Shown here one piece after another: positions 12,663 through 24,986 of a stretch of 64,000 nucleotides of DNA. The notes beneath the pieces are model-generated. The model had not been told where the DNA came from, did not search any database, and worked only from the letters and a program-made list of their open reading frames with translations. Position numbers and translations under genes: made by a program. How positions within the stretch are numbered: position 1 is the first letter of the stretch; the number at the start of each line of letters is the position of its first letter. The stretch is from Phaeosaccion multiseriatum (taxonomy: Eukaryota; Protista; Ochrophyta, other classes). The stretch spans positions 3,224,001 through 3,288,000 of the forward strand of contig OZ218958.1 in the NCBI GenBank assembly GCA_965112735.1, written 5' to 3'.

Positions 12663-15089
12663 TGTATGTATGCATGTATGCATGGGGTAGGGCAGCAGAT
12701 GGGAGGTGAGAGGTGAGAGGTAAGAGGCGAGAAAGGCATACATATGGATGGCGGGGGAGGGAGGGAGGGAGGGAGGGAGGGAGGGAGGGAGGGAGGGAGG
12801 GGCTCAGAGGCCGTCCCTACCCTACCCTACCCCACCCTACCCCACCCTACCCTACCCTACCCCACCCCACCCCACCCTACCCTACCCTACCCTCCTACCT
12901 GGCTGCTGAGCAAGAGCTTGTGCTTGTCGACCTCGGCTTTCTCCTTTTCTTCCCTCAGCGAAGCCATCTCACGGTGCAGCTAAGGAAGGAAGGCAGGGAG
13001 GGAGGGAGGGAAAAGTGAAATGAGCCGCGCACTTCGTTTCATGGTGGCGGCAGGCAGCGAGCAACTCTCTCCCTCTGACCGACTTTCACGCCCGACACTC
13101 TTCTCTCTCTCCGAACCGAACACCCACAAACTCCCTCCCTCCCTATCTCTCTCTTTTTTTCGTTGTCGCCCTTCGTTCCTCCTTCCCTCTCCCCCTCTTC
13201 ACTTTCTCCTTCTCTCTCTCTCTCTGAGGCATAAGTGTACCTGAGCGTCTGTCGATGTCATTTCCTCGAGGCGGCGCTGCAACAGCCGAAGGTCGTCCTC
13301 TCTGAGGAGCGGAGGGAGGGACGGGGGGGAGGGGGAGGGTGAGGGTGAGTGTGAGGGTAAGGAGGAGGAGGAGGAGGAGGAGGAGGAGGAGGAGGAGGAG
13401 GAGGAGGAGGAGGAGGAGGAGGAGGAGGAGGAGGAGGAGGAGGAGGAGGAGAGCAGTAGGGTAAACTCGTCCAGTTTCTTCTCCCTGCTCGCCATACATC
13501 ACAAAAGGATACGTCGGGTCAAAGGGAGGAGAAGCCAACCCATGCCCCGACACACGAACACACACACGCACACGCACACGCACACACACGCGTACGCCGC
13601 ACGCACGCACCTGCTTGAATCGCTGAGCTGTGCCTCGAGGGCCTTGACACGCGTCTTGAGGGCGTGTGTTTCCGCCCTGTGACTCTGCTGTAGGGCCTCG
13701 GCCTCCTTGCCCTGGTCGATGGTGAATTGCTCGTACTCGGCCTTGCAGCGCTCGTACTGGCGCCGGATGGTGAAGAACTGCTGTCGATGGTCTTCTACCT
13801 CCGTCTTGGGGTCAGGTGTGTGGTGTTAAGGGGCGTTAAGGGGCGTTAAGGGGGGTTGAGGAGGGGATGTGCCGGGGTTCCGCTGAGACGTATGGGTTGA
13901 AGAGGGGGGGGTGTCCTTAGGTAAGGGGGGAGTGGGGGTACAGAGTGGGTCGAAACGTTTAGACCTAGGGTCACACACAGGCGGGCGAAGGCGAAGAAGA
14001 AGATCGGACCAGATCGGCGTTTCACGCTTCTTTCTGTGTTTGATTATTCCTCATCCAGACAGACACTGTGTACCTCGAGTGATAGGAGCTTTCGCTTGTG
14101 CGGCTCCTCAAGCTCCTCCTTGACTCGCGCACGCAGGGTGTCAAGCTGGTAAGAGGAGAGGAGAGGAGAGGAGGGGAGGGGAGGGGAGGGGAGTGGAGGA
14201 GAGCAGAGGGGGGGAGAAAGTGGAGAGAGGAAGGGAGGGGATGGGAGAGGAGAGGAGAGGAGAGGGGAAGACGGGAAGGGAGAGGAGAGGGGAGGAGAGA
14301 GAAGAGGAAATGAGTCACACAGTTCCGATTGATGAGATCCAATAAGGAGAAGGGTAGGGGTTGAAAAAAGAACTAGAGCGCCCCACTACCACTCCTCCTC
14401 CTCCTTCTCCTCCTCCTCCTCCTCCTCCTTCTCCTTCTCCTCCTCCTCCTCCTCCTCCCCGTCCCTCCCCCCACTCACGTCCTGCGGGGCCAGTGTGGCC
14501 TGAAGCTCCGCCAACTCTCTCGTGCGCGTCTCCAGCTGCAGCTTCCACTTGTGCACCAGCGTCTCCGTGTCTCTGTCTGCCGCAAGCTTGGCCTCCACTG
14601 CCTCGAGCAGCTGCGATCGAGTGGCGCTGTGCTTCTCACGCAGGCGTACAAGCTCAGTCTTTACTGTCTCGTAGTTGCTGGGGGGGATGATGTGTGAGTG
14701 AGTGAGGGTGATAGTGAGGGTGTGCGGATGTGTGTCGGTGTGCGGAGTTGGATGAGATGGCAAGGCAGAGTCTTCGGTAAGGTTGTGTGCGAGTAGCACC
14801 TCTGCCACTCACTGCACGTATGTGGGCAGATGAGTGTACCCTGGCGCCTGCACCTCGCCTCCTTTTCTTTCTCCCTCTTTACTTTCCTCCGTCTATCCCT
14901 CCCATTCTGCCTCCCTCACCTTTTGATCTTTTCATTCTCCCCCTTGAGTGCCTGACAGACCCCCAGCGTCCTCTGCAAGTCTCCCTGCAGACTGGTCACC
15001 GTGGTCAGCATCTGCTCGTAGCGGTGGCTGCTGCTGCTGCCTGTGCTGGAGGCACTAGCCGCAGGAGACTGGAACAGGGGAGACGCCAT
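9691..15089 (-). CDS. Multi-exon coiled-coil protein, CEP83/CCDC41-like (centriole distal appendage); identity tentative
   Basis: Spliced exons read MASPLFQSP...YEQMLTTVTSLQGDLQRTL; ...LAPQD-LDTLRARVKEELEEPHKRKLLSLE-TEVEDHRQQFFTIRRQYERCKAEYEQ, which resembles my recollection of the CEP83 conserved block. E/Q/R-rich heptad exons continue to the stop at 9691. Introns are GT-AG. Confidence 0.6.
12365..12683. repeat. Intronic (TATG)n/(TGTG)n microsatellite
   Basis: Directly visible. Confidence 0.95.
12757..12898. repeat. Intronic (GGGA)n followed by (CCCTA/CCCCA)n simple repeats
   Basis: Directly visible. Confidence 0.9.
13360..13450. repeat. Intronic (GAG)n microsatellite, about 30 units
   Basis: Directly visible. 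Confidence 0.95.
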
Positions 15090-15712
15090 CCCTGCTGCTC
15101 TCTCTCTCTGCCGTGCTGCTCAGAGCAATCTCCCCCAAAAAATTCCCCCCCGGCTGACGCCGCGCCACTCGTGCCCGCGATGCAACGCGGTGCTGCACCT
15201 CTCCTCCTCACTTCATCACTGTGATAGAAATACTGCTTAACGGCAGCTCGGGTCTTCCTCTCGCTCTTGATACGACTTCCTTCAGTCGATACGACTTCCC
15301 TCTGTCTATCTGGATGAAAAAAAGGGTAGAGCCCAATCCCCGTCTGCCCTCTCTCCCCCTTTTCCTCCCCTTCTATTTCTTTATTGAACCCCTTTTTCTT
15401 TTTTCGTCTTGTCCCGCTGAACACACATCGCCATCCACTGCCATCCGTCTTGATCTTTTCTTTTCTTTCCCTCGCTCTCAACGTCTCGGCCGCCTTCGGC
15501 CTTCGGCGCACATATTCGCGTAGTACCTCGGTTTTATGCCCACATAGTCGTGCGTATCAGATGCGGACGCCTTGTATACCGCCAGCAGTGTTGAATGTGA
15601 GTTGTTAGGCTCGCAGTGGGGGGAGGGGGGAGGGGGAGAAATTCCCCAAGGGCCTCAGAGCACCGCAAGGTGTTGAGGCGTCTAAGCACGACCCTTCCGC
15701 CGTGCAACAGTT

Positions 15713-18700
15713 ATGAAGAGATTGGCGAGTTTCCGTAGACACAGAAGCCGGTCTTCTGCGGGAGGAGGAGACGGGGATGAGAGGGCTGAAGCAGGGGATG
15801 AGCTTCCGTACAACCGCAACGACAAGGATCCGGAACAGCGAGGTGGGGGAAGAGAGGCGGAGCCAACAGGAGCAGCAGCACCAGCAGGATTATCGAGCAC
15901 AAGTGGAGGCCAACCTGCTGCACTGGTCCATCATCGGAGGTCCAGCAGCTCCAACAACAACAGCAGCAGCGCTAAGACGGGCAGTCACCAACGACTCAAA
16001 GAGGGGGCTCCAGTCGCCAGCAAGGGCTCCAAGTGCGTGCGTAAGGCGAATGAGAGGGGCAGAGTGGAGTGTGTTGGAGTGTGTTGGTTTGTGTGAGGCC
16101 TGAGAACGAGCGAGCAAAGGGCAGAGGGCCAAGGCCAGTGCACGCACTTGCACTGAGGCCGGAGGCAGGCTAGTCTGCGTCTCTGACGGATGTGCTCGTA
16201 CCCCATACCCCAAGCATAGGCCTCTGTCGCTTTGCATCCCACGCCTCTGCTCTCACACCCTTTCTGACTCCCTGTCCCGTCCCTCCTACCCCTATGGAAA
16301 CAACACCCCTTTCTCCTCGCGTGTGGTTGTATGCTGCTTGGGTCTACCTACTTACCTACCTACCCAAGCAGAAACATTATCGTGCTGATGATGTTCCTGT
16401 GCACCTTTGTTGCCTACATGGAGCGGCAGGGCTTCTCCATTGCCTTCACGGAGATGGCCCGAGTGAGCGACCTGTCCGAGGCCACCAAGGGGGGCATCTT
16501 GTCCGCCTTCTTTTATGGGTATGCCTTCATGCAGGTAGGTCCGTGTCAGTCAGGCCCTCAGTGTGCAGGGCGTTCGTGCGGTCGGCCAGCGCAGGTGCTT
16601 GGTGTCAGGAGGTAGTCTGCTTGCCCAGGCAGGGTAGTAGTGTAGTGTGGAAGCTTTTTGAAGTGCCACGGTAAGGTCCAATCCATATTACGATGGCGAG
16701 AGAATCGGGCCTCTTCTATCTAGAAGCTTCCACATTATTCACATTCCGTCGAGGAGAGTGTGTTGTGAGGAGGTATTTCGGGGATGAAGTCAGTGAGGCA
16801 AGCAGACAGCAGTTCCACATAGGAGGCTATGCATCAATCAATCACTCAGCCGTGGTCGCATTGCGAAAAATGCCCAAAGCAACAACTCCATGTTATAATT
16901 TTGGCACGTTTCCTTTTTCCGCTCAGGTGCCAGGGGGCTGGCTCAGCGCCAAGTACGGCGGCTACAGAGTGCTGTGTGTGAGTTTCAGCTCGTGGTCCAT
17001 CATCTCCTTCATCACACCCTCCTCGGCGGCCCCGGGTGCCCTCCCTCTGCTGCGCCTGTGTCGAGTACTGGTGGGGCTCAGTCAAGGCGTGTTCATTCCG
17101 GCCACGCACACCGTACTCGCCAATTGGCTCAGTGCGGAGGAGAGGTCGAGGCTTGTGTCGCTGGCCATGTCAGGTGAGTGAAGGGAGGGGAGTTTGAGTT
17201 TGCAGCGCGGAGTTTGATGGGATGGCATCGGATGGTGCTGGGAAGAGAGAGAGAGAGAAAGAGAGAGAGGGGCAGAGCGGGAGAGAGAGAAGGAGAGCAT
17301 CAAGAGGGGGGGGAGATAGAGAGAAGAAGAGAGAACCAAGAGTCGGGGGAGAGAGAGAGAGGGACCGAGCGAGAGACAGAAACACAGAGAGGCAGGAGAG
17401 GCCAACGAGCGAGAGCACTCACTGCCCGCTTCCATCTTAAGGGTAGGGCGTGCAATTCGATTGATTCCTCTGTCCGTTCCTCTCTACCCTTCTTTTGCTC
17501 CTCTATCCCCCTGTCCCCCTGTCCCCCTGCCCCCCTGCCTCCCTGCCCACCTGTCCCTCTCCTCCCTTGCCCCTGTCAGGCATGTACCTGGGGTCAGGCA
17601 TGGCGCTGCTGTGCGTGCCCTCCATCGTGCACTACCTCGGCGTGTTTGCGCATCTTAAAGTGGTGGCCTTCATGGGCTTCCTCTGGCTGCTCATGTGGAT
17701 GAGATTGGGGGCAAACAGCCCTCACAGCAGCGGCAGTAGCAGCACCAGCACCAGCACCAGCAGCAGCAGCAGTAGCAGTAGTATTAGTAGCAGTGGGAAC
17801 GGCGGCGGCGGCATTGTTAGTGCTGGGGGTGCAGGCAAGGGCAGTGGGGGTGGGAGTGGAGGCAGCGGCCCCCTCGCCGCTGGGAGGGGGAGATTTGGAA
17901 CTGGTGAGTCATGGTGGGAGGATTGTCGTTGTTGTGTTGTTTGTGCATGCTCGCGTTCAGGGCTTGTGAGCTTCATGGGGTTGGGCCATGGCCTGGTGGT
18001 AGTGAGGCGCGGCAGTGAGGCACTACCTCACCACGAGTTTCACATGGGCGCTCACTCACTCACTCATCCTCTGTCTCTCTCTCACACACCACACACACAC
18101 ACCTACCAACCTCTGACCTCCCGGCAGATCACGGCGAAGGCGCGGGGCCATCGGCGGCAGCCGGAGATTCAGGAGGTGCAGCAGTTGGTGATACAGCCGC
18201 GGGAGGGGCACAAGGAGGAGGGGGGCTGGCGTTGGCAACAGTCGAGAGTGGACTCGTCAAGGGAAATCCGGGAGGAGGAGGAGGAGGAGGAGGAGGCGGC
18301 GGCAGTGGCAGCAGCAGCGGGGGGGGGGGCGGGCCAGCAGCAGGGACTGCAGGGGCAGGGGCAGGAGGGAGGGTGGGGGGCGGTAGAGCCTCGTCGGCGC
18401 TGTGGTTTCAGTTGCTGAACAGTAGCGCGGTCATGTCACTCATGGTGACCAACTTTGCCTTTCATTACGCCACATACGTGCTCATGAATTGGCTGCCCAC
18501 CTACTTCCGCAAGTTGCACTCCGTCAATCTGGTGAGCCAGTGGTAGTCAGTCACGGAGAGTGGTAGTGGATTTGGGGAGGGTTGTTGTTGCTGTTAGTAG
18601 TTGGTGTTCTTGTTTATCGTTATTGTTCTTTTTCTTGCTGTTCCGTGGTTTCTCCACAACGTATCGAAGTTAACAGTCAGCGCCTTGTTACCTAGTCCCC

Positions 18701-19759
18701 AAGACCCCCAACCAAACCCAACCAACCAACCAACCAACCTCCACCTCCGCTCCACAGGTCACAATTGGCAGCTTGAACGTGCTGCCCCACCTCGCCATGT
18801 TCGTCTCCTCCAACATGGGTGGCTGGCTCAGCGATTACATGATCCGAGGAAAGGGTATGTCTGTTAAGAAGGGGCGCGTCTTTGTCACCTCCACTGGGTT
18901 CTGCGGTGCGGGCGTGTGCCTGCTGCTGCTGGCCTGGGCCTCTCGGTGGGAGGCAGGGCTGGTGTGGGCGTCAGCCTGCAACTCCTTCCTGGGCCTGAGC
19001 CGGGGCGGCTGGGCGGTGAGTTTGAGTTTCGTTTGGTTTGGGCAGACAGAGGGGGGAGCATGGAGGCGTATGGGTAAGGGGGGGTGGGCTGAGTCGGGGC
19101 CGCATTGGGGAGACTTCCCTCTGTGGGCTCTCACACTAATCAAGTCGGGCGATGGCTCTAACGACACGCTGCTTGCTTGCTGCTGCTCCTCTCTCTCCCC
19201 CTCTCTCTCTTTGTCGCTGCCCTTCCCAGGTGAATCATTTAGACATTGCTCCGAAGCAGGCGGGCCTGGTCATCGCCATTGCGAACGGAGCTGGGACATG
19301 TGCAGGCGTCGTCGGCGTGTCACTGACAGGTGCGCACGTGCGTTCTTCTCTCTCTTCTCTCCCTCTCCTCTTGTTTCCCTTTCACCCTTCTCCCTACCTC
19401 CTTCTCGTCCCTTCCTCCCTGTCTTGTCCTCTCTTTCTCCCCCTCGCTTGCCTCTTTCTCCCCCCCCTTCTCTTTCTCACTCTTCTCTCCCTCTCCTCCT
19501 TGTCTCACTCCCGTTTCTCCCTCTCTTTCTCTTTCGTCTTGCTCTCCCCTCCTCCTCTCTCCTCCTCCTCCTCCTCCTCCCCCTCCTCCTCCTCCTCCCT
19601 CTCTTCTCTCCTTCTCCCCCAACAGGCCTCCTGCTGGATCGTTACGGGGGGGCCGAGACTCCCCAGGCGTGGACGTCAGCACTGGGGGTGGTGGCATTTG
19701 TGCTGGCCAGCTCCTCGGGCGTGTTTGCAGTCTTCTCCAAGGGAAGGCCCATCTTATGA
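15713..19759 (+). CDS. MFS anion:cation symporter (SLC17 / PHT4-ANTR family), multi-exon
   Basis: Spliced motifs: FLCTFVAYMERQGFSIA, KGGILSAFFYGYAFMQ|VPGGWLSAKYGG, RVLVGLSQGVFIPATHTVLANW...ERSR, LMNWLPTYF, GGWLSD, GGWA|VNHLDIAPKQAG...ANGAGTCAGVVG. The start codon is uncertain. Confidence 0.9.
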
Positions 19760-19957
19760 TGGATAGAATCGGGGTCTGATGCCTCCGACTTGCTCCGTGT
19801 CAAGGGTAATATATGGTACGGTATATCACAGAAAGCTCCTGATATTATACTTTTTTTTTTTAAATTAAAAAAATTATTGTACAGTGGAAGGAGTGCAGGA
19901 CGTCTTGTAAAGTTGCTATGTATATGGTGTGATGCTCTCCCTCCTATCCTCTTGCTC

Positions 19958-21892
19958 TCACTGCTGCCCCACGAGCGAGGTGTGCGCGAGCGTCGCCAGA
20001 ACCCTCCCAAGCCCCCCTGCCTGCCCCTGAGCTTGTTGCGGCGCGACGGCGCCCTTGCAGCCATACTGCTGTGCGGCGCTGCTGCTACGACCGCTGATGT
20101 CGGTGCTGCCCATCATGATGGTGTCGCTCTCACTCCTCTCCCCCGGGGCCTGTTGATTTTGATGGAATGAGAGCTGCTGTTGGAGCTGTTGTTGCCGGAC
20201 AAAAGTTCCCAACATGCGGCTGGTGGTACTGTTGTTGTTGTTGTTGTTGTTGCCATCGTACACGTGCGGCACCTGCGGCAGCTGCGGCAGCAGCTTGGGT
20301 TCCACCACCTCCGGCTTCACAACCTCCGGCTCCACCACCTCCGGCTCCACCCCCCATTCCAGCCACTCCAGCTCGAGAAAGAGCCGCACGCCTGACAGGA
20401 GGAGGGCGGAAGGGTTGCTGGACAGCAGCGCGTCGAGCCAGGAGGTGACTGCGGTGCAGTCCATCAAGCCTTGGCCAGAGGGCGCGCACTTGAGCACCTG
20501 CACCAACTGGGACTGATAGGACGCGGCGCCTGCCGCCCCCTCTGCCGCGGCCGTCGCCGCATCGTGAACGAGCACGGCCGCGAGGTGAAGCACGTCTGCC
20601 CATGTACGCGACAAGGTGTGACTGTTGTTGGAGCAGTGCACCACCATTGTGTACAGCACGCCTCGTTTCGGCTCTCCGTGGGCCCCGCGCACCTGGCAGG
20701 ACAAGTAGCTCGTCGTTGCTCCTCGCTGGCGGGTGGTCGCGGAATGGCTGCTGCTGCTGCTGTCGGTGCTACCGCTACTACTACTACCACTGATGTCCGC
20801 TTGTTGCAGACGAAGCAGCTGCTGCCGTCGTGCCTCGTTGCAGTACGAGACCTGAGCTTGAGGCTTCTGTTTTATCCGCCTGCAGCACAGAGAAAGCGCT
20901 TGGTCCCGATTGGCAGCGCGGAGCTGCATGACGGCTCTCCTCCAGGTCGATGGCGGTTGTAGTTGTTGTTGTTGTTGCTGCGTCGAAGTAGGGAGCAACT
21001 CTTTCTGCTGCGGCGTCGCCGCCAAGGCCGTCAGCATGTCGTGCTGGTGTTGCTGCTGCTGCTGCTGCTGGAGCTGGTGCCGCTGGTAGAGTTGCAGGCG
21101 CTGCTGCTGCTGCTCCTGCAAGAAGGTTTCCTGGCGCTGGTTGAGCAACGTTTGCTGTTGCACGAGGAGCTGTGGCTGCGGGGTGGTGGTGGCCACTAGG
21201 GACTGAGCATCCCAGACGTGATCTGAAGAGAGAAACGCCATGGCGCTGGCCGTGCTCGTCGTGGGGTAGTCACCGCCCATGCTGCTGATACTGCTGCTAC
21301 TGCTACTGCTGCTGGTGGATCGACCGCTCCCATCCGTGGCCAGCGAGAAGTACTCGTCGCTCGCCAGCTCCATAGCGGGTGCCACCGTAGTAGGGGGGGC
21401 ATGGGGAGAAACAGTCGCCCCCCCACCCCCAGCGTCACCCTCTGTATCACTGCTGCCACTCGAGCTGCCGCAGCTCCTGCCGGCGCTGTAGCCCCCGCTG
21501 CTACCGCCGTCTTCGCTGCCACTGCCACTGCCGCTGCCGCTGCCACTACTGCTGCTGGTCATTCTTCTTCGGCTCCGCTTGCTGCTGCGGGTGGGGAGGA
21601 GGCTGCCGCCCCCGCCCTGCTGCTGCTGCGGCACAGAAGCAGAAGGCGCAGAAGGCGCAGAAGGGGCAGGCCTCTTGTTGGTGCCACTGGCAGCAGCTCT
21701 GGTGATGCTGTTGCTGCTGCTCCTTAGTCGGTCTTCCATCGGCATGGGATCCAGCGGCAATGCGCCGGGCTTACTTTGCCCGTGGATTTGCTCGAGGCCC
21801 TGCAGGGCCGAGTTCACCTCCTCCTCCTCCCTTGTCAAGAGGAAGCTCATGTTGCCGCCCTCTAGCTGGTCGCTCAGGAATGCAAACTCCAT
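19958..21892 (-). CDS. Intronless Ser/Gln-rich protein with a C-terminal PX (phox homology)-like domain
   Basis: Open frame from MEFAFLSDQ. The segment VLYTMVVHCSNNSHTLSRTWADVLHLAAVL...VTSWLDALLSSNPSALLLSGVRLFLEL follows the PX pattern (Y-x-I-x-V...V-x-RRYSDF-xx-L...L-xx-YL-xx-LL...V-xx-FL), but the basic lipid-binding residues are degenerate. Confidence 0.65.
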   Translation of the reverse strand: MEFAFLSDQLEGGNMSFLLTREEEEVNSALQGLEQIHGQSKPGALPLDPMPMEDRLRSSSNSITRAAASGTNKRPAPSAPSAPSASVPQQQQGGGGSLLPTRSSKRSRRRMTSSSSGSGSGSGSGSEDGGSSGGYSAGRSCGSSSGSSDTEGDAGGGGATVSPHAPPTTVAPAMELASDEYFSLATDGSGRSTSSSSSSSSISSMGGDYPTTSTASAMAFLSSDHVWDAQSLVATTTPQPQLLVQQQTLLNQRQETFLQEQQQQRLQLYQRHQLQQQQQQQHQHDMLTALAATPQQKELLPTSTQQQQQQLQPPSTWRRAVMQLRAANRDQALSLCCRRIKQKPQAQVSYCNEARRQQLLRLQQADISGSSSSGSTDSSSSSHSATTRQRGATTSYLSCQVRGAHGEPKRGVLYTMVVHCSNNSHTLSRTWADVLHLAAVLVHDAATAAAEGAAGAASYQSQLVQVLKCAPSGQGLMDCTAVTSWLDALLSSNPSALLLSGVRLFLELEWLEWGVEPEVVEPEVVKPEVVEPKLLPQLPQVPHVYDGNNNNNNNSTTSRMLGTFVRQQQLQQQLSFHQNQQAPGERSESDTIMMGSTDISGRSSSAAQQYGCKGAVAPQQAQGQAGGLGRVLATLAHTSLVGQQ

Positions 21893-22243
21893 TTTATTCG
21901 CTTTATGTATGTCCTGTGTGTCGCTCCTCGAGGTGATGTAGGAAAGAAAAATAAGAAAAATAGATGATGTAAGCACACAAAGCGAAAAAGCCAGCTGTTT
22001 TCTGTTTCTCGCGTACGTCGGTTCCCCCTCATTTTGCTGTGTTAAAAAACGTCACACTTTCATGGGAAGGCAAGCAATTTCATGGGAAGGCAAGCAACGT
22101 TTTTGAAGCTGGCCGCCGGCCGGTAGCAGAGGGCCCTAGACCCGTCCGTCCCCCGGGCCGAGCATCAGCCAGTGTTCATAGACAGCGCCTCCAGTGTGCG
22201 TGTGCGTGTGTGTGTGTTTGTGTGCTGTGTTTCCACCACAGTG

Positions 22244-23712
22244 TCGGCTCCAGACTGGCCTAGAAGCCTAGGCCTAGAGACGAAATTCGGCCGGCCTAGG
22301 GGGGCCGCAGGCCCCCGGCCTAGGCCTAGAGGGGGCCGCAGGTCCCCGGCCTAGGCCTATTTTTGGCGCAGCCCCCCCGGCCTAGGCCTATCGACCCTGG
22401 ACAAGATTACGGTGTGCGCCGGCCGTAACCAGTAATCAGCCCTCGGCCGGCGCAAAATCAGTAATCAGGTCGGCTGGTCACCGGCTGTAAGCAACCAGAC
22501 CGGCTGGCGCCGGTCATAATCAGTAATCAGGCCGGCTGCGCCGGCCGTAATCAGAATCAGATGATCTTGTCCAGGGTCGACTCCCTCCCTCCCTCCCTCC
22601 CTCCCTCCCTCCCTCCCTCCCTCCCTCCCTCCCTCCCTCCCTCCCTCCCTCCCTCCCTCCCTCCCTCCCTCCCTCCCTCCCTCCCTCCCTCCCTCCCTCC
22701 CTCCCTCCCTCCCTCCCTCCCTCCCTCCCTCCCTCCCTCCCTCCCTCCCTCCCTCCCTCCCTCCCTCCCTCCCTCCCTCCCTCCCTCCCTCCCTCCCTCC
22801 CTCCCTCCCTCCCTCCCTCCCTCCCTCCCTCCCTCCCTCCCTCCCTCCCTCCCTCCCTCCCTCCCTCCCTCCCTCCCTCCCTCCCTCCCTCCCTCCCTCC
22901 CTCCCTCCCTCCCTCCCTCCCTCCCTCCCTCCCTCCCTCCCTCCCTCCCTCCCTCCCTCCCTCCCTCCCTCCCTCCCTCCCTCCCTCCCTCCCTCCCTCC
23001 CTCCCTCCCTCCCTCCCTCCCTCCCTCCCTCCCTCCCTCCCTCCCTCCCTCCCTCCCTCCCTCCCTCCCTCCCTCCCTCCCTCCCTCCCTCCCTCCCTCC
23101 CTCCCTCCCTCCCTCCCTCCCTCCCTCCCTCCCTCCCTCCCTCCCTCCCTCCCTCCCTCCCTCCCTCCCTCCCTCCCTCCCTCCCTCCCTCCCTCCCTCC
23201 CTCCCTCCCTCCCTCCCTCCCTCCCTCCCTCCCTCCCTCCCTCCCTCCCTCCCTCCCTCCCTCCCTCCCTCCCTCCCTCCCTCCCTCCCTCCCTCCCTCC
23301 CTCCCTCCCTCCCTCCCTCCCTCCCTCCCTCCCTCCCTCCCTCCCTCCCTCCCTCCCTCCCTCCCTCCCTCCCTCCCTCCCTCCCTCCCTCCCTCCCTCC
23401 CTCCCTCCCTCCCTCCCTCCCTCCCTCCCTCCCTCCCTCCCTCCCTCCCTCCCCCCCTCCCTCCCTCCCTCCCTCCCTCCCTTCGACCCTGGAGAAGATT
23501 ACGGTGTGCGCCGGCCGTAATCAGTATTCAGCCCCCGGCTGGCGCATAATCAGTACTCAGGCCGGCTGCGCCGGCCGTAATTACTAATCAGATAGGTCGA
23601 GGCCTAGGCCTAGAACCGCCGGCCTAGGGAGAAAAAATGGCCGGCCTAGAGCGGGCGTAGGCCGCTCGGCCTAGGGCCTAGAGCATAGGCTTCTAGGCCA
23701 GTCTGGAGCCGA
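22244..23712. mobile_element. Non-autonomous TIR element (MITE-like) with a 6-bp TSD and an internal (CCCT)n tract, copy 1
   Basis: 27-bp TIR TCGGCTCCAGACTGGCCTAGAAGCCTA...TAGGCTTCTAGGCCAGTCTGGAGCCGA, flanked by the direct repeat ACAGTG (22238-22243, 23713-23718). Subterminal CCTAGG/GGCCGG repeats; no ORF. Confidence 0.85.
22581..23482. repeat. (CCCT)n microsatellite, about 900 bp
   Basis: Directly visible and nearly perfect. Confidence 0.98.
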
Positions 23713-24041
23713 ACAGTGGGGGTATCCTCACGAGCAAGGGGGATGATGAAGACGCCCGACCGTCGCTCCAGAGCGAATCACATTATTTCCAAATGGTTGA
23801 TGTGTTCATAGTCCAAGAGGCATGTTCTGTGGCTTGGGAAAGTCCCTCGACAGTTGCGTACAACGGGTTAGCTATTCGTCCCAAGGGACCAACCCTGGAA
23901 CCTGAGTATACATTGAGATTTACCCACACACTTGTGAGAAAAGCACAGCCCCCGTTGCTCTGTACAGTTCGATACTATCTCTCCTTGCCTAGCACAGCAC
24001 TTGTAGGCCAAGAGTTGAGCACACAAAGGAGATGGCGCCCG

Positions 24042-24420
24042 CTAGAGCTGCTGCCCCGCCACGGCCGCTCGTCTGCCGCCCTTCCTTCCATTGGCACTGC
24101 TGCCGCCCCCGCCGCCCTCGCCCCCTGCTGGTGTACCACCAACTGCTGATGCTGCTGCCAGGGTCGACACCACGGCGGCTAGGCGGAACTCTTTGGGCTC
24201 TTCTCGCAGACAGGAGGGGAGTGTGTAACCGCTAAAGGGCCAGGAGAGGGAGGAGTGGCCACCGTAGGAATGCTCGAGGGATTCGGGACAGGCGTCTGGC
24301 GCCACGAGGAGCTTGTGCCGCCCCTCAAGGTCACCGCGTCGGTAGAGGGCCCCGCCCCACTCCTGAGGTGGTCGTGAGTGCGTCCGTGTGTGGGTGCGTG
24401 CGTGTGTGTGTGCATGTGTG

Positions 24421-24452
<32 letters not shown>

Positions 24453-24986
24453 GGAAGGGCGGTCAACCAAAGAAGGAGGGAATGGGAGTCGACAAGCGAA
24501 GAGTGAGCCCTCCTCGAACCATGTCGAAGGAAAAGGGCAGGAAGGGAGCACGAAAGACCGAAGAGAGAAAGGAGAAACGCTGCTGCATGTTCTGGTGTCA
24601 GCCCTTCACCCCGAATCTACAGTACACAGCAGCAGCACACACGCTCTACTCCGTACCTGCATAACCATGGTCCACTCCACAGTGCTCAACATGATATCGA
24701 TGAGGGCGTAGGCTATCAAAGAGTCGGGCAGGAAGCTGCCGTACCCGATGATGGCCAAGCCGATTGCAAACTCTCCGACGATGGCAACGAGCCGACCATA
24801 GAACTTGATAGAGGAAAACCTTTTGAACGAGTGGTCGAGGACGGAGGGAGGAAGGGACGTGCAAGCCAATGGTGAGAGGCGCGCAAGTCCAGATGATGTT
24901 TCTCGTCGGTTGGTATCTCCGTTTCGGAGTGGAGTGGTGGGGAGGACTGGGGGATCTCAACTTTACCCAATGCCATGCATGAAACC
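24042..24986 (-). pseudogene. Duplicated last two exons of the membrane-protein gene at 46068-50829
   Basis: Matches 46068-47000 (VLDHSFKRFSSIKFYGRL...WTMVMQ | EWGGALYRRGD...GQQL*), without its upstream exons. Confidence 0.8.

Larger units (their letters stand above)
20170..24986. repeat. Tandem segmental duplication, copy 1 (4817 bp)
   Basis: AGAGCTGCTGTTGGAGC starts at both 20170 and 24987. GCATGAAACC ends at both 24986 and 47000. Sequence is near-identical throughout. Confidence 0.95.

Noticed and set aside
12136-12743. HTYI/MYVC repeat ORFs
   Set aside because: Translations of an intronic TATG microsatellite.
12815-12898. Telomere-like (CCCTA)n
   Set aside because: Short, degenerate, intronic and adjacent to other simple repeats; not CCCTAA/CCCTAAA.
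22058-22098. 20-bp tandem repeat TTTCATGGGAAGGCAAGCAA upstream of the PX-like gene as a regulatory site
   Set aside because: A real duplication, but nothing in the sequence supports a function.
22561-23520. 319-aa (SLPP)n ORF, and the 234-aa one at 44875
   Set aside because: These are translations of a (CCCT)n microsatellite inside a MITE.
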